Below are positions 58,258 to 64,000 of a stretch of 64,000 bases of DNA, one piece after another. The stretch comes from an uncultured Gemmatimonadales bacterium. Its GTDB lineage: Bacteria; Gemmatimonadota; Gemmatimonadetes; Gemmatimonadales; GWC2-71-9. The notes below the pieces were generated by a model, which had not been told where the DNA came from, searched no databases, and saw nothing but the letters and a program-made list of their open reading frames with translations. The DNA lies in NCBI GenBank assembly GCA_963779755.1, contig CAVZZO010000001.1, positions 1,376,001 through 1,440,000 on the forward strand, in the 5' to 3' direction. Made by a program: the position numbers and the translations under genes. The stretch's first letter is position 1. Every line of letters starts with the position of its first letter.

Positions 58258-59981
58258 GTTTCCGTGCGCGCCTGTTTGCCGGGTTCCTGATCGCGGTCAT
58301 GATCCCGCTGGGGCTGTTCGCGGTGGGGGTGCGGCAGACCATGTCGCGCCGGCTGGTAGAGCAATACCGGGCGGGCACCGCCGCGCTGGCGGCCTCGGCC
58401 GCGGGCGAGCTGCAGCGCCAGGGCCAGGAGATTGCCGGCCGCCTCTCCGCCATCGCGGGGCGGTTGAGCGAGGACAACCGTTTCCGTCTCGGGTTGCTGG
58501 ATTCGACCGCGCCCGACCGGCGCTACCTGCTGGATTACGCCGGCGCGGCCATGCGCGCCACCGGTCTCCACCTGCTGCAGATCCAGGATGCCGACGGCCG
58601 CATTCTGAGCTCGGGGCAGTTCCGGAACGATTACGACCGGCTCGATCCCGGTCTGCCGCGGTCTCTGGCTCGCAGCTCCGGACCGGCGGTGGTCGAGGCC
58701 CGGACGGCGGAAGCGCCGTTCCTGGCGCTGGCCCGGGTGGATTCGGCGAGGGTGGCGGGCCGGAGCCTCTATCTGGTCGGCGGGATCCAACTCGACCGCG
58801 ATATCCTTGCCGGGCTCACCCGCGATTCGGTCCTGACGGTCTCGCTGATCGCGCCGGGCCATGTCATCTCGCCCGATCCCCGGCTGCAGGCCGCGCTGGA
58901 TTCGTCCGCCAGGCCGGGGACTATCCCCGGCGACCGGATCGCCAGCCGCTTCGCGCTGCCGTACCTGTCTCAGCCTGCGCCGGCCAGCGTGTCCGACTCC
59001 GCTCTGCTGCTGGTGACCCAATCTCTCGGGCCGGTCGCAGCGCTGCGGCGGCAGACCGATCTCTGGTTTGCGGCGGCCGTGGGGTTGGCGGCCCTGCTGG
59101 GGCTGCTGGTGGCGGGATGGCTCTCCGGCCGGGTGAGCGCCCCCCTGCGCGAGCTGGCGGCGCGGACCGCGAGGCTGGATCTGGAACAGCTGGATCAGGA
59201 CTTCACGCTCGACCGTGCCGATGAAATCGGCGCGCTCTCCCGGGTGCTGGGCGACATGGCCCAGCGGCTGCGGGGCGACATGATCCGGCTGCGCGAGGTA
59301 GAGCGCCGGGCGACGGTGGGAGACCTGGCGCGCCAGGTGAATCACGATATCAAGAACGGCCTCATCCCCATCCGGAACGTGCTGCGCCACCTGGAACAGG
59401 TTGCCCGGGAGCATCCCGAGACCCTGGCCGCGGTGCTGCAGGAGCGGCAGGAGACGCTGCATGCGTCGGTCGCCTACCTCGAGACCCTGGCCCGCAACTA
59501 CGCCCGCCTGACGCCGGCGGCCAGCGGGGTGGCCTGCGACCTCAACCCGCTGGCGGCCCAGATTGCGCGCGACGCGGCGCGGCCCGGCATACAATTCGAT
59601 CTCCGGCTGTCGGAGCGGCCCGCGGTGGTGGCCGCGGATAGTGTGGTCGCGCGGCGGGTGGCGGAAAATCTGATCGGGAATGCGGTGGACAGTCTGGACG
59701 GCCGAGGCGGTACGGTGGGAGTGTTCACCGAGCATGTCCACGGAGCGGACGGCGGCCCGCTGGTGCGCCTGACGGTCGCCGACTCGGGCCGGGGCATGAC
59801 GCGGGAAGAGCTCAACCGCGCCTTCGACGACTTTTATACCACGAAAGAGACCGGCACGGGGCTGGGCCTCAGCATCGTGCGCCGGTTGGTGCTCGATCTG
59901 CACGGTGCGCTGCGCGTGGAGACGGAGCCGGGGCAGGGAAGCCGGTTCATTGTGGAGCTGCCATCGGCGACGACCCTGTGA
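58254..59981 (+). CDS. HAMP-domain sensor histidine kinase (NtrY-like)
   Basis: 2 TM, DEIGAL, H-box NHDIKNGL, NL..NAVD, DSGRGM, TTK..GTGLGL. Confidence 0.92.
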   Translation: MSFRARLFAGFLIAVMIPLGLFAVGVRQTMSRRLVEQYRAGTAALAASAAGELQRQGQEIAGRLSAIAGRLSEDNRFRLGLLDSTAPDRRYLLDYAGAAMRATGLHLLQIQDADGRILSSGQFRNDYDRLDPGLPRSLARSSGPAVVEARTAEAPFLALARVDSARVAGRSLYLVGGIQLDRDILAGLTRDSVLTVSLIAPGHVISPDPRLQAALDSSARPGTIPGDRIASRFALPYLSQPAPASVSDSALLLVTQSLGPVAALRRQTDLWFAAAVGLAALLGLLVAGWLSGRVSAPLRELAARTARLDLEQLDQDFTLDRADEIGALSRVLGDMAQRLRGDMIRLREVERRATVGDLARQVNHDIKNGLIPIRNVLRHLEQVAREHPETLAAVLQERQETLHASVAYLETLARNYARLTPAASGVACDLNPLAAQIARDAARPGIQFDLRLSERPAVVAADSVVARRVAENLIGNAVDSLDGRGGTVGVFTEHVHGADGGPLVRLTVADSGRGMTREELNRAFDDFYTTKETGTGLGLSIVRRLVLDLHGALRVETEPGQGSRFIVELPSATTL

Positions 59982-59999
59982 GTAGGCGGAGGGGGCAGT

Positions 60000-60032
60000 C
60001 CTTCTCCCGTCCTTTTCCCGTCCTTTTCCCGT
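60000..60032. repeat. (CCTT[TC]TCCCGT)x3
   Basis: 11-bp pyrimidine-rich units between kinase and regulator. Confidence 0.75.
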
Positions 60033-60063
60033 CTTTTCTTTCGCCTTTCTTCCGGTACCTGCC

Positions 60064-61482
60064 GTGACCCTGATTCTCATCGTTGACGATGTTCCCGCGA
60101 TGGCGGAGCAGTATGCCTACGACCTGCGGCGGATCGGCGGCTATGACGTTCTGACCGCGCCGGGGGGCGAGGCGGCCCTGGACCTGCTCACGCTGGAGCC
60201 GGTGGATGCCATGGTGCTGGACCTGGAAATGCCGGGGCTGGACGGGTTCGGGGTGCTGCGCGCCATGCGGCAGCGCGCCATCGGAACGCCGGTCGTGGTC
60301 TATACCGGCACCGGGAACTTCGACCGTTGCGTCCAGGCGGTGAAGCTCGGCGCCTACGGGTTCATTGACAAGGCGGAGCCGGTCGAACGAGTGGTGCAGG
60401 AGATCGAAAGCGCGATCGACCGGAAGCGGCTGGAAGACGAAGTAGGCATGCTGCGGCGGCGCATGGTGGGCGAGGGCGCGCTGGTCGGCGACAGCCCCGC
60501 CATGCAGCGGCTGCGCGAGACCCTGGCGAGGCTGGCCCCGATCCCCAGCCCCGTGCTGGTCCTGGGAGAAAGCGGTACAGGCAAGGAGCTGGCCGCGCAC
60601 GAGCTGCACCGGTTGGGGTCCACTCCATCGGCACCCTTCATCGCGGTCAACTGTGCGGCGCTGCCGGAGCAACTGGTGGAGAGCGAGCTCTTCGGCCACG
60701 AGCGGGGGGCCTTCACCGGCGCCGCGGCCCTGCGGAAGGGTGCCTTCGAGGCGGCGGGAAAGGGCACGCTCTTCCTGGACGAGATCGGCGAGCTGCCGCT
60801 CGCGGCCCAGGCCAAGCTGCTGCGGGTGCTGGAGGAGCGCCAGGTGACGCGGCTGGGCGGCACGCGGACGGTTCCGGTCCAGGCCCGCGTGGTGGCCGCC
60901 ACCAACCGCGAGCTGGGCCAGGAAGTGGCCGAAGGCCGCTTCAGGAAGGACCTCCTTTACCGGCTCAACGTGCACACGGTGACGCTGCCGCCGCTCGACG
61001 AGCGCCGGTCGGATATTCCGCGGCTGGCGGAGCGTTTCCTGGAGAGTATCTGCGGCCGGTTCGGCATGCGGGCAAAGCGGCTATCGCCCGAGGCGCTGGC
61101 CGCGCTGATGGAATACGGCTGGCGGCAGAACAACGTGCGCGAGCTGCGCAACGTGATCGAGCGCATGATCCTCGCGGCCGACGGCGATGTCATCGGTGCC
61201 GATTGCGTTCCCGACGACATCGGGGGCGGCGCGCCCCCTCCCCGCGGTGAGGCTCGCACGTACCAGGAGCGCCGGGCCGAAGCCGAACGCCGGATCCTGC
61301 TGGAGGCGCTGGAGGAGAACGAGTGGCAGATCACGCGGACGGCCAGGGAACTGGGGCTGGCGGATCACTCCAGCCTGCTGAAGATCATGCGGAGATTGGG
61401 GGTGGAGAAAAGGAGTGAGGAGGTGAGGAGTGGGGAGAGAGGAGTGAGGAACGAGGAACGAGGAACGAGGAACGAGGACTGA
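60064..61482 (+). CDS. Sigma54-dependent response regulator (NtrC family)
   Basis: REC (VDD, DLEMP), GESGTGKE, GAFTGA, FLDEIG, NVREL, Fis-type HTH. Confidence 0.95.
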   Translation: MTLILIVDDVPAMAEQYAYDLRRIGGYDVLTAPGGEAALDLLTLEPVDAMVLDLEMPGLDGFGVLRAMRQRAIGTPVVVYTGTGNFDRCVQAVKLGAYGFIDKAEPVERVVQEIESAIDRKRLEDEVGMLRRRMVGEGALVGDSPAMQRLRETLARLAPIPSPVLVLGESGTGKELAAHELHRLGSTPSAPFIAVNCAALPEQLVESELFGHERGAFTGAAALRKGAFEAAGKGTLFLDEIGELPLAAQAKLLRVLEERQVTRLGGTRTVPVQARVVAATNRELGQEVAEGRFRKDLLYRLNVHTVTLPPLDERRSDIPRLAERFLESICGRFGMRAKRLSPEALAALMEYGWRQNNVRELRNVIERMILAADGDVIGADCVPDDIGGGAPPPRGEARTYQERRAEAERRILLEALEENEWQITRTARELGLADHSSLLKIMRRLGVEKRSEEVRSGERGVRNEERGTRNED

Positions 61483-61502
61483 GGAATGAGGACTGAGGAA
61501 TG
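61411..61502. repeat. About 13 heptamers AGGA[AGC][CT]G overlapping the regulator C-terminus
   Basis: AGGAGTG, AGGAACG x4, AGGACTG, AGGAATG. Confidence 0.9.
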
Positions 61503-61505
61503 CGT

Positions 61506-61649
61506 GATCGTGTACGGACGGACACGATCGGTGGTTCGGCTCCGTGTCCGGCCGCACACAAGAGTCCTTGGTCGGGCCGCGACGCTTTCTGGAACTGACG
61601 TTGGCTTAAGGACTTAGCGAATGGGGGCGAGGATGGCCCCGCCCCTGCC
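61506..61649 (+). promoter_or_regulatory. Putative sigma54 promoter with two upstream activator sites
   Basis: GTGT-N8-ACAC at 61510 and 61544; TGGCCCCGCCCCTGC (GG-N10-GC) at 61634. Confidence 0.6.
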
Positions 61650-61713
61650 TTTCTCCGGGGTGACCGCAGGTCGTCACTCACGGCGCCTCGGCGCCCATGC
61701 AAGGAGAAGGGCC

Positions 61714-62808
61714 ATGCCCGCAACCCGCGCAATCAACTGCAAGCAGGACCGTCGTGTCTGGATTCCCATGGGATTTCTGGTGGGCTTCCTGGGGTTGGCG
61801 AGCCTCACGCTGGCCGCCTCCGGCTGCAGCGACAACGACGGCACCGCCGCGGTGGTGAAGACCACCCCGGCGGTGAACACCAGCACAACCGCGCCCACGG
61901 TCATTCCGGCGAGCACGGAGTCCGGCACCACGACCGAATCAAAGGTGCTGCCCGCCAACGTCAGCTTCGACCAGGCGCGGGAGGTGTACCGGACCGGCGA
62001 TTACCGGGCTGCGGCGGATCTGTTCGGAGTGTACGTGCGGAACAAGCCGTCCAATCCCTGGGGCCATTTCATGCTGGGCATGTCGGAGTTCAAGACCGGG
62101 GATATCAGGGGGGCGGAGGAATCGTTCAAACAGGCGCTGGCACTGGACTCCACCCATCTGAAGAGCCGGTTCAACCTGAGCCGGGTCTATCTGCAGACCG
62201 ACCGGCCGCGTGAAGCGCTGGAGCAGATCGAGCAGGCACTGGCGGTGGATTCCACCGCAGGCGAGGCGTTCCGGCTGCAGGGTATCGCCTACGGCGACCT
62301 GGGGCAGGACGACGAAGCGATCGATGCCTACCAGCGCGCCCTGGTCCGGGACGACCACGATGCCTGGTCGATGAACAACCTGGGTCTCCTCTATATCCGC
62401 GAAGGCCGTTTCGAGGATGCGCTGCCGCCGCTGGCGCGGGCGGTCGAGATCCGGCCCAACGCCCCGGTGTTCCAGAACAATCTGGGGATCGCGCTGGAGC
62501 GGAGCGGGCACTATCGGGCGGCGGAGACGGCCTATGGCGCGGCCCTGGCCGCGGACAGCGCCTATCCCAGGGCGGGCGTGAACCTGGAGCGGGTCCGTGG
62601 CCTGGAGGAGGATGCGCTGACCGGTCCGGTGGACCTGAGCGGGCTGGCCGAGTCGTTCATGGCCCAGCTCAAGTGGTGGCGGGACAGCTCGGTCCGGCCG
62701 GGCGACAGCGTCATCGATGTGGTGCCGGATACGACCGTGGCGGACACGGTAACGTCCGTGCCGGTGCCGGGGGACTCGACCGCCGCGGACAGCGTGACGG
62801 GCCGGTAA
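61714..62808 (+). CDS. TPR-repeat exported protein, probable lipoprotein
   Basis: Hydrophobic stretch plus ASGC, Thr-rich linker, about 6 TPRs; AGGAG RBS. Confidence 0.85.
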   Translation: MPATRAINCKQDRRVWIPMGFLVGFLGLASLTLAASGCSDNDGTAAVVKTTPAVNTSTTAPTVIPASTESGTTTESKVLPANVSFDQAREVYRTGDYRAAADLFGVYVRNKPSNPWGHFMLGMSEFKTGDIRGAEESFKQALALDSTHLKSRFNLSRVYLQTDRPREALEQIEQALAVDSTAGEAFRLQGIAYGDLGQDDEAIDAYQRALVRDDHDAWSMNNLGLLYIREGRFEDALPPLARAVEIRPNAPVFQNNLGIALERSGHYRAAETAYGAALAADSAYPRAGVNLERVRGLEEDALTGPVDLSGLAESFMAQLKWWRDSSVRPGDSVIDVVPDTTVADTVTSVPVPGDSTAADSVTGR

Positions 62809-62813
62809 GCCGG

Positions 62814-62870
62814 GAGGCGTGAGGCGTGAGGCGTGAGGCGTGAGGTACCCCTTACGCCTCACGTCTTACG
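62814..62870. repeat. Inverted heptamer repeat hairpin
   Basis: (GAGGCGT)x4 GAGG tacc CCTTACG CCTCACG TCTTACG. Confidence 0.88.
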
Positions 62871-62895
62871 TTCGTTCCACCCTGAAAGCCCCGTG

Positions 62896-62924
62896 TTGAA
62901 CAATTTCCCGCCTTGCAGTAAACT
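62896..62924 (+). promoter_or_regulatory. Putative sigma70 promoter
   Basis: TTGAAC-N17-TAAACT. Confidence 0.55.
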
Positions 62925-62977
62925 GTCCGGTCGGCTCTCCGGTCGGACTCTCTTTTCACGTCATCTTCCCGGTATCC

Positions 62978-64000
62978 ATGTCTCAGGGAAAAACCGAGCA
63001 ATGGGGTACCCGTGTCGGCGTCATTCTGGCGGTGGCCGGCTCGGCGGTGGGACTGGGCAACTTCCTGCGCTTTCCCGGGCAGGCGGCGGCCAACGGGGGC
63101 GGGGCCTTTCTCATCCCCTATTTTTGCGCGCTGATCTTCCTGGGCATTCCGGTCGGCTGGGCGGAATGGACCATGGGGCGCTACGGCGGTCGCAAGGGCT
63201 TCCACTCGGCTCCGGCGGTGATGGGCGTGATCGGCAAGGGCCGGCTGCCGCGCTACCTGGGCGTGGTGGGCGTGGTCATTCCGCTTGCGGTCTCGTTCTA
63301 CTACGTGTTCATCGAAGCCTGGACCCTGGGCTACTGCTGGAAGTTCCTGACGGGCGGCATCGGGATCGACCCCGCGGCGCCGATCGCGGATCAGACCGCG
63401 GCCTCGATGCACTTCTACAACTGGTTCACCGGCGTGGCCAAGGACGGGGTGCTGGTGACCTCCGGCGGCGAGCACGCGGCGATCTGGTTCTGGATCATCA
63501 CCTTTGCGGTGAATCTCTTTTTCATCTACCGGGGCCTGTCCAAGGGCATCGAGAAGTTCTGCACCTGGGCCATGCCGGCTATGGCCATCTGCGCGCTGAT
63601 CGTGCTGATCCGGGTGCTGACGCTGGGAACGCCCAATCCCTCGCTGCCCGACCAGAATGTGATCAACGGCCTGGGCTACATGTGGAACCCGGACTTCAAG
63701 GCGCTGGGGAACTTCCAGACCTGGCTGGCGGCGGCGGGCCAGATCTTCTTCAGCATCTCGGTCGGGTTCGGCATCATCATCAACTACGCCTCCTACATGA
63801 AGCGGCGGGATGATGTCGTGCTCTCGGCCCTGACGTCCACCGCCACCAACGAGGTCTTCGAGGTCGGCTTCGGCGGCCTGATCACACTCACCAGCGCGTT
63901 CGTCTTCCTGGGGCTTTCGGGGACGGCGGCGGCGGTGTCCACCGGTACCTTCGGGCTGGGCTTCAATACGCTGCCGGTGGTGTTCGCCCACATGGGAGCG
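62978..64000 (+). CDS. Sodium-dependent transporter, NSS/SNF family (3' truncated; absent from ORF track)
   Basis: MSQGKTEQWGTR..AGSAVGLGNFLRFP..NGGGAFLIPY, AAAGQIFFSISVG. Confidence 0.93.
   Translation, partial: MSQGKTEQWGTRVGVILAVAGSAVGLGNFLRFPGQAAANGGGAFLIPYFCALIFLGIPVGWAEWTMGRYGGRKGFHSAPAVMGVIGKGRLPRYLGVVGVVIPLAVSFYYVFIEAWTLGYCWKFLTGGIGIDPAAPIADQTAASMHFYNWFTGVAKDGVLVTSGGEHAAIWFWIITFAVNLFFIYRGLSKGIEKFCTWAMPAMAICALIVLIRVLTLGTPNPSLPDQNVINGLGYMWNPDFKALGNFQTWLAAAGQIFFSISVGFGIIINYASYMKRRDDVVLSALTSTATNEVFEVGFGGLITLTSAFVFLGLSGTAAAVSTGTFGLGFNTLPVVFAHMGA

Noticed and set aside
57738..60080. Long antisense ORFs (e.g. 780 aa here, 7899-9410, 12102-13682, 28804-30351)
   Set aside because: Shadow frames of real genes expected in high-GC DNA; Arg/Pro/Gly-rich with no motifs

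Overview
High-GC bacterial chromosome segment, probably Gemmatimonadota (inferred from gene content and style, not verified). Housekeeping content: nupC-punA, thiD, trmH-family, pilD, ffh-rpsP-rimM-trmD-rplS-rnhB, M1 aminopeptidase, ilvE, two lytic transglycosylases, moaC, holB, tRNA-Lys(TTT) and tRNA-Asn(GTT). Accessory content: an AbiV-like gene, a ~13 kb glycosyltransferase/Wzx/sulfotransferase locus, an enteric-style aroF-trpEGD-trpCF-trpBA operon with a Trp-rich leader peptide and attenuator, and a sigma54 two-component locus. The most striking unexplained structure is a family of inverted short tandem repeat elements (7-9 bp units, purine-rich arm always first) at many gene junctions. 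One of them encloses a four-helix-bundle (23S rRNA IVP / Avd-like) gene, one sits in-frame inside ffh, and several abut promoters. No integrase, transposase, reverse transcriptase or CRISPR was seen. Product calls come from motif recognition only; no searches were run.
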